64,000 bases of DNA from Phormidium sp. (GTDB taxonomy: Bacteria > Cyanobacteriota > Cyanobacteriia > Cyanobacteriales > Aerosakkonemataceae), in the NCBI GenBank assembly GCA_051013385.1, contig CP143273.1:1568001-1632000 (forward strand), written 5' to 3'. Both the position numbers and the translations under genes were made by a program. Position 1 is the first letter of the stretch; each line of letters begins with the position of its first letter. Positions 1 to 9,652 of the stretch are shown piece by piece. Below the pieces are notes generated by a model, which made no database searches, was not told where the DNA came from, and saw only the letters and a list, made by a program, of their open reading frames with translations.

Positions 1-114
1 AGTCCTTAAGTTTACTTCCGCTGCTAGGTTTTCTTGCGTCCACCCTTTAAGGGCGAAAGCTCGTTTCGCCTCCTGAATTCCGGTGGGTGATGCTTGAAGC
101 GATCTTTTTGCCAC
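1..114 (-). CDS. 5' end (partial) of an HTH-containing NACHT-type NTPase; not in ORF track
   Basis: Minus strand from GTG at 114 reads MAKRSLQASPTGIQEAKRAFALKGWTQENLAAEVNLRT, like the N-terminal HTH of cyanobacterial NACHT proteins; AAAGGAGG RBS upstream; runs off the window. Confidence 0.7.
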   Translation of the reverse strand, partial: MAKRSLQASPTGIQEAKRAFALKGWTQENLAAEVNLRT

Positions 115-224
115 GAGACAAACCTCCTTTAAGGGTAATAAAATAGAAAACCCTCGCTTCTTTTGGAAAAATATTCAATTACATCAATTTAAAAATTTTT
201 AGGAAGCTAGTTAAAATAAAGATT

Positions 225-3152
225 ATGTCTAAATCTAACCCTACTGAACCAGAAAATCTCCCTTTGATCGTCTTAGTTGATGGTCACTCTTTAGCCTTTC
301 GTTCTTTCTATGCTTTTGCTAAAGGAAGAGATGGTGGTTTAAAAACCAAAACTGGGATTCCGACTAGTGCTTGTTTTGGTTTCCTCAAGTCACTTTTAGC
401 GGTGATTGAGTCGCAGAAACCGCAAAGTATGGCGATCGCTTTTGACTTAGGTTTGCCAACTTTCCGCCATGAGGCAGATGACACTTACAAAGCCGATCGT
501 CAAGAAACACCAGAAGATTTTATCACTGATTTAAAAAATCTCCACGATTTATTAGATGCTTTTAATATACCAATTCTCACCGCGCCAGGATTTGAAGCAG
601 ATGATGTTTTAGGAACTTTAGCAGAAAAGGCGAGTGCGGCTGGGTATCGTGTAAAAATTTTGACAGGCGATCGAGATTTATTCCAATTAGTTGACCCCAA
701 AAAAGGCATTAGCGTTCTCTATTTAGGCAACAATTTCTTACAGCGAGGTAGCAATACTGGACTAACAGAATTTGACCCCGAAGCAGTCAAAGAAAAAATG
801 GGAGTTCTCCCAGAACAAGTAGTAGATTATAAAGCTTTATGCGGTGATGCTTCTGATAATATCCCCGGTGTCAAAGGTATCGGTGATAAAACCGCAGTCA
901 AATTGCTTTCTGAGTATGGTTCTTTAGAGAATGTTTACGCTAATTTAGAGCAAATCAAAGGTGCAAATAAAACTAAATTAGAAACTGGTAAAGATGCCGC
1001 TTATCACTCCCAGCATTTAGCTAAAATAGTGGTAGATGTTCCCTTAGAAATTAAATTAGAAGATTGTCAACTAGCAGGTTTTGACGCTTCAGTTTTAGAA
1101 CCGCTGTTAGAAAAATTAGAGTTTAAATCTTACTTAGGAAAAGTCAAACAGCTACAGCAAGCATTTGGCGGTGTAGTTGCGGAAGAAAAACCAGAATTTA
1201 TTACAGAAACCTTACCAATTAATGAGGTAGCACTTCCCGACGAATCAGCAGAATTAGACTTTTTCACTTATGAAGAAACCCAAGCTGCACAAAAACAATC
1301 AGCTTCACCAATTACGATTCAAATTATTGATAGTCTAGCAAAATTAACTGCATTAGTAAAACAGTTAAAAAGCTGTACCAAAGTCACAGTTGCTTGGGAT
1401 ACAGAAACTAGCGATTTAGATCCGTTGTGTGCGGAATTGGTAGGAATTGGTTGTTGTTGGGGAACTAATTCTGAGGAAGCTGCTTATATTCCCATCAATC
1501 ACGCATCTGGTGAAAATTTAGAGAAAAGCAAGGTTTTAGAAGCTTTACGTCCGATTTTAGAAAGTGATAAATATCCGAAAGTTTTTCAGAATGCGAAGTT
1601 CGATCGCTTAATCTTCCGTTCTCAAGGAATTAACCTCACTGGCGTTGTCTTCGATCCAATGTTAGCCAGCTATGTTTTGAACCCGGAAAATAACCATAGC
1701 CTCAACGAATTAACCCAAAGATATTTAGGATTAACCATCAAAAGTTATGAAAGTGTAGTTCCCAAAGGTAAAACAATTGGTGATGTAGATATTCCCGTAA
1801 TTGCTAATTATTGCGGAATGCAAGTTTACGCCACATTTCAGTTAGTTGGAAAACTGGAAGAAGAACTAAAACCTGTCCCCAAACTTGAATCTTTGCTGCG
1901 AGAAATAGAATTACCTTTAGAACCTGTTTTAGCAGGAATGGAAGAAATCGGCATTCGAGTTGATGCAGCTTATTTAAAAGAATTATCGCAAAAATTGGAA
2001 CAGGATTTAAAAGCAATTGAACAAAACGCTTATGAAGCTGCGGGAGAAAAGTTTAATTTAGGTTCACCAAAACAGCTAAGTCAGTTGTTGTTTGAAAAAT
2101 TGAACTTAGATAAAAAGAAATCGCGGAAAATAGCTTCTGGTTATTCCACAGATGCAGCAACCTTGGAAAAATTGCAAGGAGATCACCCCGTTGTTGATGC
2201 AATTTTAGAATCTCGCACTTTATCTAAACTCAAATCTACTTATGTAGATGCTTTACCTCAATTGATGGACAAAAATCAGCGATTGCATACTGATTTTAAC
2301 CAAACTGCAACGACAACAGGGAGGCTTTCTTCTTCTAATCCTAACTTACAAAATATTCCCATTCGTACCGAGTTTAGCAGAAAAATTCGTCAGGCATTTT
2401 TACCGGAACCAGGATGGTTATTAGTATCAGCTGATTACTCACAAATCGAGTTAAGAATTCTGGCGCATTTAAGCCAAGAACCTGTGTTAGTGGAAGCTTA
2501 CAAAAATAATCAAGATATTCACACTGTTACAGCCAAAATTGTCTTTGAAAAAGAAGATATTACCCCAGATGAACGCCGCATCGCCAAAACAATTAACTTT
2601 GGGGTAATTTATGGCATGGGTGCAATGAGATTTTCCCGTTCTACTGGAATTAAAAAGACAATTGCTAGTGATTTTATCGAAAAATTCAATACCCGTTATG
2701 CCAAAGTGTTTGAATATTTGGAAAGAATGAAACGGGAAGCGATCGCAAACGGTTATGTAGAAACAATTAAAGGTCGTCGGCGTTATTTCAACTTTGAAGC
2801 TGGTAGTTTACGCGCTTTTAAAGGTAGTAACCCTGATGAAGTTGATTTGGCAAAATTGAAGAACATGGGACAAAATGACGCACAACTTTTGCGTGCAGCT
2901 GCTAATGCGCCAATTCAAGGTTCTAGTGCTGATATTATTAAAATTGCAATGGTGAAATTGCATGAAGTTTTACGCAATTATCAGGCGCGGTTGTTGTTAC
3001 AAGTGCATGATGAATTAGTCTTGGAAGTTCCTCATTCTGAGTGGGAAGAATTGCAACCAAAAATTAAGGAAACAATGGAAAATGCACTACCTTTAAGTGT
3101 TCCTTTGGTGGTTGATGTTCATGTGGGAGAAAATTGGATGGAGGCGAAGTAA
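225..3152 (+). CDS. polA: DNA polymerase I
   Basis: 5'-3' exonuclease (DGHSLAFR, EADD), 3'-5' exo region, polymerase motifs ADYSQIELR, KTINFGVIYG, LQVHDE. Confidence 0.98.
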   Translation: MSKSNPTEPENLPLIVLVDGHSLAFRSFYAFAKGRDGGLKTKTGIPTSACFGFLKSLLAVIESQKPQSMAIAFDLGLPTFRHEADDTYKADRQETPEDFITDLKNLHDLLDAFNIPILTAPGFEADDVLGTLAEKASAAGYRVKILTGDRDLFQLVDPKKGISVLYLGNNFLQRGSNTGLTEFDPEAVKEKMGVLPEQVVDYKALCGDASDNIPGVKGIGDKTAVKLLSEYGSLENVYANLEQIKGANKTKLETGKDAAYHSQHLAKIVVDVPLEIKLEDCQLAGFDASVLEPLLEKLEFKSYLGKVKQLQQAFGGVVAEEKPEFITETLPINEVALPDESAELDFFTYEETQAAQKQSASPITIQIIDSLAKLTALVKQLKSCTKVTVAWDTETSDLDPLCAELVGIGCCWGTNSEEAAYIPINHASGENLEKSKVLEALRPILESDKYPKVFQNAKFDRLIFRSQGINLTGVVFDPMLASYVLNPENNHSLNELTQRYLGLTIKSYESVVPKGKTIGDVDIPVIANYCGMQVYATFQLVGKLEEELKPVPKLESLLREIELPLEPVLAGMEEIGIRVDAAYLKELSQKLEQDLKAIEQNAYEAAGEKFNLGSPKQLSQLLFEKLNLDKKKSRKIASGYSTDAATLEKLQGDHPVVDAILESRTLSKLKSTYVDALPQLMDKNQRLHTDFNQTATTTGRLSSSNPNLQNIPIRTEFSRKIRQAFLPEPGWLLVSADYSQIELRILAHLSQEPVLVEAYKNNQDIHTVTAKIVFEKEDITPDERRIAKTINFGVIYGMGAMRFSRSTGIKKTIASDFIEKFNTRYAKVFEYLERMKREAIANGYVETIKGRRRYFNFEAGSLRAFKGSNPDEVDLAKLKNMGQNDAQLLRAAANAPIQGSSADIIKIAMVKLHEVLRNYQARLLLQVHDELVLEVPHSEWEELQPKIKETMENALPLSVPLVVDVHVGENWMEAK

Positions 3153-3457
3153 TGAATACATTGGGAAAACTAGAACTTCTCAAAGATGCTTATTCTGATC
3201 AAGCCGAACTAGATCAAATTTTGGGTAAGTTGTTAGAGGTTGCACTTAGTCAGTATCGACTACGCTTAGAAAAGTACAATCAAGATTTACGTGAATTTGA
3301 GCAACGTTACGATATGGAATCTAGTGTTTTTTATCAACGTTTTGAAGCTGGCGAATTAGGAGACGATGTTGATTTTTTTGAATGGTCTAGTTTGTATGAA
3401 CTTCGCCAAGACATTTTAGAAAAAATTTATCGCTTGGAGTCGTCAACAACTAACTAA
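3152..3457 (+). CDS. Small acidic protein, antitoxin-like (TumA-like)
   Basis: ATG overlaps polA stop (TAATG); motif FEQRYDMESSVFYQRFEAGELGDDVDFFEW. Confidence 0.55.
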   Translation: MNTLGKLELLKDAYSDQAELDQILGKLLEVALSQYRLRLEKYNQDLREFEQRYDMESSVFYQRFEAGELGDDVDFFEWSSLYELRQDILEKIYRLESSTTN

Positions 3458-3471
3458 AAATGCAATAAAAT

Positions 3472-4077
3472 ATGCCTTTATCCAATGTCCGAATTTGCTT
3501 TGTTGGGGACTCGTTCGTTAATGGAACTGGTGATTCTGAATGTCTGGGTTGGACGGGAAGAATTTGCAGTGCTGCGATCGCACAAGGTCATGATATTACT
3601 TACTATAATTTGGGAATTAGAAGGGAAACTAGTGCTGATATTGCGGGACGTTGGTTTGAGGAGGTTTCGCGGAGGTTGCCGGAAGAGTGCGATCGCAGAA
3701 TCGTCTTCTCTTTTGGTGTAAATGATACCACAATTGAAAATGGCAAACCCCGCGTTGAATTGAGTAAAACTAAAGAAAATACTCAGCAAATATTGTCCTT
3801 TGCCAAAAGCTCATTTTCTGTATTAATGGTAAGTCCGCCTCCCATTGCAGAAGTAGAACAAAACAGCAGAGTTGAAATTTTATCTCAAGAATTAGCGATT
3901 ATTTGTGAACAGCTAAATGTGCCTTATTTAGATGTTTTTACACTATTGCAAAAATCAGAAGTTTGGCTAAAAGAAGTAGCAGAGAATGATAGTTACCACC
4001 CCAAAGCAGCAGGTTATTTAGAGTTTGCTAATTTGGTGCAAAACTGGGACGCTTGGCAAACTTGGTTTAATAGTTGA
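3472..4077 (+). CDS. GDSL/SGNH hydrolase
   Basis: FVGDS, G-x-N-D (GVND) and DSYHP blocks. Confidence 0.9.
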   Translation: MPLSNVRICFVGDSFVNGTGDSECLGWTGRICSAAIAQGHDITYYNLGIRRETSADIAGRWFEEVSRRLPEECDRRIVFSFGVNDTTIENGKPRVELSKTKENTQQILSFAKSSFSVLMVSPPPIAEVEQNSRVEILSQELAIICEQLNVPYLDVFTLLQKSEVWLKEVAENDSYHPKAAGYLEFANLVQNWDAWQTWFNS

Positions 4078-4090
4078 ACTAAATCAATAA

Positions 4091-4156
4091 GTACGTTGTT
4101 GCGCTTTAGCGCTATTATTTCAGTAGTAATAATAGCGCTAAAGCGCAACAACGTAC
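4091..4156. repeat. REPIN-like inverted repeat, GTACGTTGTTGCGCTTTAGCGC family
   Basis: Perfect 29-bp inverted arms between convergent genes. Confidence 0.9.
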
Positions 4157-5032
4157 CTAAATTTTTCCTCGTAACTGTGCTAACTCTTCTCTTAAACTCA
4201 AAGGTTGATATCCCAACGCAAAAGCTTTGTCACTATTTAACGAAACATCTTTAGGTCTAGGTGCTGCCATTGGCACATCTTTTTGTAAACAAGCTGTTAG
4301 TTTATCTTGGGGAAGTTCCAATATTTCTGCCATTAATCGACCAAATTCATAACGGGATATGCGTTCTTTTCCGCCTAAATGAATTACGCCGTTAACTTTT
4401 TCTAAAGCTAATAAAAGTCCGCTAGCAGCAGTTTTTCCACTTACGGGTGTTCTAAATTCATCGGTGAATAAACTTAACTCTTTTCCTTCTCTGAGCATCT
4501 TGATAAATGGTTGAATAAAACTATTTGCTTGTGGTGACGGAATGCCGAACATTAATGGCATTCGACAAATGGCTGTTTGGGGATATCTGGCTAACATTTC
4601 TTGTTCAGCTAATACTTTTTGTTCGCCGTAAATGTTAACTGGAGAAACTTGATCTGTTTCTTGGTAAGGCGGATTTAAACCATTAAAAACTAAGTCGGTG
4701 GAAGTGAAGGCGCAAGGGATAGAATAATCAGAGCATAAACCAGCAATATTACTGGAAGCTGTAACATTAATTATTGCGGATTCTTCCGGGTGAGTTTGGC
4801 AAAAGTTAGGATTAGATTGCGCTGCGGTATGGATAACTGCTGTAGGATTAATTTGCTGAAATAAATTTTTGAGTTGCTCAAAATCTCGTAAATCAACTTT
4901 AATTAAATTTACATTGGAGATACCTACAAGTTTGCTAAAGTAAGTGCCGTAAACTTCCCATTCTTGTTGAGCAAGTTGGCAAAGGTTCCATCCTAAAAAA
5001 CCACTAGCGCCAGTAACTAAAAGTTTTTTCAT
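4157..5032 (-). CDS. dTDP-4-dehydrorhamnose reductase (RmlD)-like NAD(P)-dependent oxidoreductase
   Basis: LVTGASGFLG, STDLVF, YGEQK, PRP motifs; start taken at MKKLLVTG. Confidence 0.85.
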   Translation of the reverse strand: MKKLLVTGASGFLGWNLCQLAQQEWEVYGTYFSKLVGISNVNLIKVDLRDFEQLKNLFQQINPTAVIHTAAQSNPNFCQTHPEESAIINVTASSNIAGLCSDYSIPCAFTSTDLVFNGLNPPYQETDQVSPVNIYGEQKVLAEQEMLARYPQTAICRMPLMFGIPSPQANSFIQPFIKMLREGKELSLFTDEFRTPVSGKTAASGLLLALEKVNGVIHLGGKERISRYEFGRLMAEILELPQDKLTACLQKDVPMAAPRPKDVSLNSDKAFALGYQPLSLREELAQLRGKI

Positions 5033-5062
5033 TCTACCACCTAAATTCACAAGCTTCTATGC

Positions 5063-5198
5063 GTAGGGTGCGAAGCGTGATAACGTAACGCACCTTTAAT
5101 TTCACTATCCGTAGCAACTTTCATTTCACCATATTTAGCTCAGAAATGGTGCGTTACGCTGCGCTTTTCTTAAATGCCGCAGGCTATACGCACCCTAC
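5063..5198. repeat. GTAG-type REP pair (GTAGGGTGCG...CGCACCCTAC) carrying a small insert
   Basis: Inverted GTAG-hairpin units; related copies at 14128-14234, 29533-29584 and a remnant near 46040. Confidence 0.8.
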
Positions 5199-5260
5199 AG
5201 ATTGAGTCACAATAGAAATATCTGGGTAAGTAGTGTTATTTTTGTGGTAAATATAAATAC

Positions 5261-5806
5261 ATGATTCACTTTCGCAAATTGATTCCGATCGCATTAGTTC
5301 TAAGTTTAGCCGGATGTGAACTCTTTGCGGGTCAAAATACTTATATGGTGCAGCGGGTGAGTGATGGAGATACGATCGCTGTTAGTCAAGGCGATAAAAC
5401 TAATGTTACTGTCCGCTTTGCCTGTATTGATGCGCCGGAAGTTCCTCATTCAAATAGGGAAAGGAATAGCCAAAATTTGGTGGACAAAAACCAATTTAAT
5501 TGGGGAATTAAAGCACAAGCAAGAGTGCAGCTGTTGGTTAATCAAGGAGGCGATCGCGTCGTCTTGAATATCACTGATACTGATAAGTATGGTCGGCAAG
5601 TTGCAGAAGTTCGTTTACCTAATGGTACCTTCATTCAAGAAACTTTAATTCGGGAAGGTTTAGCGTTAGTCAATCGTCCTTATTTGAGATATTGTCCTAG
5701 TAGAGAAATGATTGAACAAGCAGAAGCAGATGCTAAAAGAAATTTACGTGGGGTTTGGAAAGACCCCCAATTCGTCGCGCCTTGGGATTATCGACGCATT
5801 AAATAA
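5261..5806 (+). CDS. Thermonuclease (SNase-like) lipoprotein
   Basis: Lipobox LAGC; DGDT, RFACIDAPE, DKYGR motifs. Confidence 0.9.
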   Translation: MIHFRKLIPIALVLSLAGCELFAGQNTYMVQRVSDGDTIAVSQGDKTNVTVRFACIDAPEVPHSNRERNSQNLVDKNQFNWGIKAQARVQLLVNQGGDRVVLNITDTDKYGRQVAEVRLPNGTFIQETLIREGLALVNRPYLRYCPSREMIEQAEADAKRNLRGVWKDPQFVAPWDYRRIK

Positions 5807-5851
5807 TAACTCAATTTGCTCCTTATATATATTGTCTTTTAGATCCCTCTT

Positions 5852-5965
5852 AGATCCCCCCTAACCCCCCTTACCAAGGGGGGAACTAGATTCAAAGTCC
5901 CCCTTGGTAAGGGGAGTCAACTAGGATGTTAAGTCCCCCTTGGTAAGGGGGATTTAGGGGGATCT
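5852..5965. repeat. Cyanobacterial palindromic miniature element (GATCCCCCCTAACCCCCC...GGGGGATTTAGGGGGATC)
   Basis: Terminal inverted repeats bounded by GATC, three internal CCCCTT-N3-AAGGGG hairpins. Confidence 0.8.
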
Positions 5966-6008
5966 GAAACGCCAACAAGTTATAACTAGTAACTTACGTT
6001 AATCAAGT

Positions 6009-6863
6009 ATGAAAAAGTCTCTAAATTATCAGTTGGAAACAAGACCGGGTTGGTCTTTAGAACGGCGAGAAGAAGAATTTATTCAATCTTTGATGCCTAT
6101 TTGGGGATGGCTTTATCATGAATATTTTCGGGTAAAAACTAGCGGTTGGTCACAAATTCCTCCGGGAAAAGTGCTGTTTGTTGGTTCTCATAATGGAGGA
6201 TTAGCCGCACCAGATATGTTTATGATGATGTACGATTGGTTTCAGAAATTTGGTTTTTCTCGTCCGGTTTATGGTTTAATGCACCCTCATGTTTGGAAAT
6301 ATGCTTTGCCACTAGCGCAGTTAGCGGAAAAAGCCGGAGCAGTTATGGCTCATCCAAAAATGGCGATCGCAGCTTTTCGCCAAAATGCCAGCGTATTAGT
6401 TTATCCGGGTGGCGCAGAAGATGTTTTTCGTCCCTATAATTTACGCCATAAAATTTATTTTGCCGGACGCAAAGGATTTATTAAATTAGCATTACGAGAA
6501 GAAGTACCAATTGTTCCGGTAATTTCTCATGGTGCTCACGAAAATTTTATCGTTTTGGCTGACATTTACAAACAAATGCAGCAGTTACATGAGTGGGGAA
6601 TGCCTTGGTTATTTGATATCGATCCGGTAGTTTTTCCGATTTATTTAGGCTTACCTTGGGGAATCGGAATTGGCCCTTTGCCGCACATTCCTTTACCAAT
6701 ACAAATTGAAACTCGTGTTGGTGCGCCAATTATTTTTGAACGTTACGGTAGGGAAGCAGCGAGCGATCGCCAATACGTTGATTATTGTTATCAAAAAGTT
6801 TGCTTTTTCATGCAACAAGAATTAGATAATTTAGTGAAAAAAAATCAGCTTTCTAATAATTAA
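6009..6863 (+). CDS. Lysophospholipid/glycerol acyltransferase family
   Basis: GSHNGG..PD, VYPGG, GFIKLA motifs. Confidence 0.85.
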   Translation: MKKSLNYQLETRPGWSLERREEEFIQSLMPIWGWLYHEYFRVKTSGWSQIPPGKVLFVGSHNGGLAAPDMFMMMYDWFQKFGFSRPVYGLMHPHVWKYALPLAQLAEKAGAVMAHPKMAIAAFRQNASVLVYPGGAEDVFRPYNLRHKIYFAGRKGFIKLALREEVPIVPVISHGAHENFIVLADIYKQMQQLHEWGMPWLFDIDPVVFPIYLGLPWGIGIGPLPHIPLPIQIETRVGAPIIFERYGREAASDRQYVDYCYQKVCFFMQQELDNLVKKNQLSNN

Positions 6864-6899
6864 AGTTGGGATGAGAAGTTTATTAATTAAAATTCTTAA

Positions 6900-6939
6900 G
6901 TACGTTGTTGCGCTTTAGCGAAGACAGCGCAACAACGTA
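6900..6939. repeat. Short REP doublet, GTACGTTGTTGCGC family
   Basis: Essentially identical to 18018-18060; lies between convergent genes. Confidence 0.85.
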
Positions 6940-6988
6940 GCTAAACGGGAGGTACAAGATCTGAGTTAACTGAAAACTATTTACCTAA

Positions 6989-7312
6989 TCACCAATCTGT
7001 CGAGCCTTTTTCCATCCAATCATCTGCACCGACTGTAGTTTGTTGCTGGCGATTTTCTGTTCGCTCATTGTCTGCGGGAAAATCTTCGGATGCTGAACTA
7101 GGGGAAGTGAACAGGGGGAGAGCGACGATCGCACCGACGATCGCACCCGCAGCGGCACTAAACGCCAGTACCACGCCAACAGGTAGGCGTATTGACTCGT
7201 AAGCTAAAAACTTTAGGGTGACTGGAGTGGCGTTTTGGACGGAGAGAATGGCGATCGTCATCATCCAGACTGCAAGTATTACAGAAATAATTAACGTGGC
7301 TAGAGATTTCAT
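6989..7312 (-). CDS. LapA/DUF1049-type small membrane protein
   Basis: Two TM helices with SVQNATPVTLKFL..LPVGVVL signature. Confidence 0.75.
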   Translation of the reverse strand: MKSLATLIISVILAVWMMTIAILSVQNATPVTLKFLAYESIRLPVGVVLAFSAAAGAIVGAIVALPLFTSPSSASEDFPADNERTENRQQQTTVGADDWMEKGSTDW

Positions 7313-7579
7313 TAAATTACTGTAATTTCCTTAAAGTTAATTTTCGTAAAGAAAATGTTTTACTTTTACGTAAAAATACATCATACTTTTCATACTTTAG
7401 CATTTCTGAGTATAAAGATTCAGTAGAATCCGATCGCTCTCATCAGATTTTTTGCTGAACCTCTGTGCTCTAGAAAAAAGGGGTCTAACTTAGTCTAATA
7501 ACCTCTGGGTCAGAAAAAATTAGACATAAAAGCTCGTTAGCAGGTCTTTTTAAACCATTTTTACAAAATTAAACGAAAA

Positions 7580-8629
7580 GTGATGACTCAACCTTTGGCA
7601 TCTGCATCTTTTAAAGTTCAGTCTGGTAGTGTTCCCGCTTCCCAACACCAGTCATTAGAATCAAATTATCATTCTCTGGCGGTGCTGTGGGCCAAAAAAT
7701 ATTATCTTTCTGTCACCCGTGATAATTCTCAGGAACGGACAAAAAATGAGAGCCTGGAAGAAGTAAATTCTGGAATAGGTCGGCGGAAAACTGCAAATAA
7801 ATTGATGCAGAATTTGACCTTAGCCAGTGCTCAAGCTTGGTCGTTGACGGAAACTCTGCTTTCGGAAGAGATTCGCCGTCACGGAATAAATCCAGAATTA
7901 ATCAATCCTTTGGAAATTGCGGCGGATACGAGAAATTTGTTTCAAAAAGCTTGGGAAGCTTATGCTGGTGGCGCTGCGCCAGAACGTCTTTCGGTGCTTG
8001 TGGGTAAAGATTGCGGTCGAGTTCGGCAGAAATACACTAGTCAAGATCCGCGTGCGATCGGTTTTGTTAGTATGCAATTTCACTACACCGGACAAAAAAT
8101 TTTAGGATGGCTTTCACCTGCGGAACAAGCGTTATTTACACCTTACTTAAAGGTGATGGACGATCATATGTATATGCCGTTGCAAGCTGCTTACGAAGCG
8201 GCGGCTAATCATGAAGTAAATTCGTCAGCATTATTAGCAGTTCAGCATCTTTTACCAATTAGTACTAGAATTGCTCATGCAGTTTACGATCGTGTGATTC
8301 GTCAACACCCCAGCTATCAAAGTTACTCTGGATCGTTACGTTCAGAAATCGTGAAAATTTCCAGCATTCGTGATGTGGAAATGTTCCAAGTTTACCTGTG
8401 TTTATGTGTTTTAGAAGGTAATATTCGCTCTGTACAACAGGAACTTTTTCCGCTTTGTGTAATGTTATATCCGCGTTTGCAAGTCAGTTGGACTTTAGTG
8501 CAGGAGATGTTAAACAATATACTTTGGGAAATGCACGATCGCTTATCTCTCGATCGCGTAGCACCATTTTTGCCCTATCTCCGCACTTTATCACAAATCT
8601 TCTCTCAAGAGGTGTTTCAAGATAGTTGA
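7580..8629 (+). CDS. Hypothetical protein with C-terminal phycobiliprotein/globin-like domain
   Basis: 349-aa ORF; C-terminal half aligns by eye to the allophycocyanin core. Confidence 0.6.
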   Translation: MMTQPLASASFKVQSGSVPASQHQSLESNYHSLAVLWAKKYYLSVTRDNSQERTKNESLEEVNSGIGRRKTANKLMQNLTLASAQAWSLTETLLSEEIRRHGINPELINPLEIAADTRNLFQKAWEAYAGGAAPERLSVLVGKDCGRVRQKYTSQDPRAIGFVSMQFHYTGQKILGWLSPAEQALFTPYLKVMDDHMYMPLQAAYEAAANHEVNSSALLAVQHLLPISTRIAHAVYDRVIRQHPSYQSYSGSLRSEIVKISSIRDVEMFQVYLCLCVLEGNIRSVQQELFPLCVMLYPRLQVSWTLVQEMLNNILWEMHDRLSLDRVAPFLPYLRTLSQIFSQEVFQDS

Positions 8630-8637
8630 AAACCAGT

Positions 8638-9486
8638 TTATTCCTCAGCCAAATTAGGTTCTGGAATGGAGAGTGCCAGCTGGTAAATTTGGCGGCGGGG
8701 AAGTGATGTTTGTTGAGCTAACTGACGACTAGCTTCGGAACGAGATAATCCTTGCTTCAGTAAGTTTTGTAATTCGGCTTTAATTGCTGCTTCTGAAAGT
8801 TGGGGTTTTTCTAAGGTAGCGCCTGCAACTACTAAGGTAAATTCGCCTTGAGGTTCGCGGTTGGTATAATGAGCGATCGCATTTGTAATTGTTCCCCGCC
8901 AAAATTCTTCGTGCATTTTGGTTAACTCTCTGGCTAAAACAATCTCTCTTTCTTCCCCCAAAATAGCGCCTAAATCTTGCAAAGTTTCCCGCAAACGGTG
9001 AGGAGATTCGTAAAAAATTATCGTGCGAGTTTCGCTTGTTAATGTTTCCAAATAGGTGCGACGTTCTTTACTTTTAGCTGGTAAAAAGCCCTCAAAAACA
9101 AATTTATTTGTAGCTAATCCAGCCGCACTCAAAGCGGTAATTGCCGCATTTGCGCCGGGAATAGGTACAACAGAAATCCCCTCTGCAACGCAAGCTTTAA
9201 CTAACTCATATCCCGGATCGGAAATTAACGGCATCCCGGCATCTGTGACGAGTGCGATCGCTTTTCCTTGGCTCAATTGTGACAGCAATTCAGGAATTCT
9301 TTGCTGACTATTATGTTCATGATAACTCAATTGTGGCGTTTTAATTTGAAAATGTTGCAGCAACTTTCCCGTATGGCGCGTATCTTCTGCCGCAATTAAA
9401 TCTACAGTTTGTAAAATTCTAATTGCCCGAAAAGTCATATCTTCTAAATTACCGATCGGAGTTGCTACTAAGTAAAGTGTTCCCAT
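8638..9486 (-). CDS. rsmI: 16S rRNA (C1402-2'-O)-methyltransferase
   Basis: LYLVATPIGNLEDMT, AAEDTR, SDPG, YESPHR, RELTK. Confidence 0.97.
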   Translation of the reverse strand: MGTLYLVATPIGNLEDMTFRAIRILQTVDLIAAEDTRHTGKLLQHFQIKTPQLSYHEHNSQQRIPELLSQLSQGKAIALVTDAGMPLISDPGYELVKACVAEGISVVPIPGANAAITALSAAGLATNKFVFEGFLPAKSKERRTYLETLTSETRTIIFYESPHRLRETLQDLGAILGEEREIVLARELTKMHEEFWRGTITNAIAHYTNREPQGEFTLVVAGATLEKPQLSEAAIKAELQNLLKQGLSRSEASRQLAQQTSLPRRQIYQLALSIPEPNLAEE

Positions 9487-9522
9487 AAATTGTTAATCAT
9501 TTAAATTACTTGTTGAGGCAGC

Positions 9523-9628
9523 TGGGGAGATGGGGAGATGGGGAGATGGGGAGATGGGGAGATGGGGAAATGGGGAAGTTCATTAACTCAAAACTCTCCC
9601 AGTCCCTAGTCCCCAGTCCCCAATCCCA
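9523..9628. repeat. STRR-type short tandem repeats (TGGGGAGA x~7; CCCCAGT-like x~4)
   Basis: Direct reading. Confidence 0.9.
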
Positions 9629-9652
9629 ACTCTCTAAACGAGAAACTTTCAC

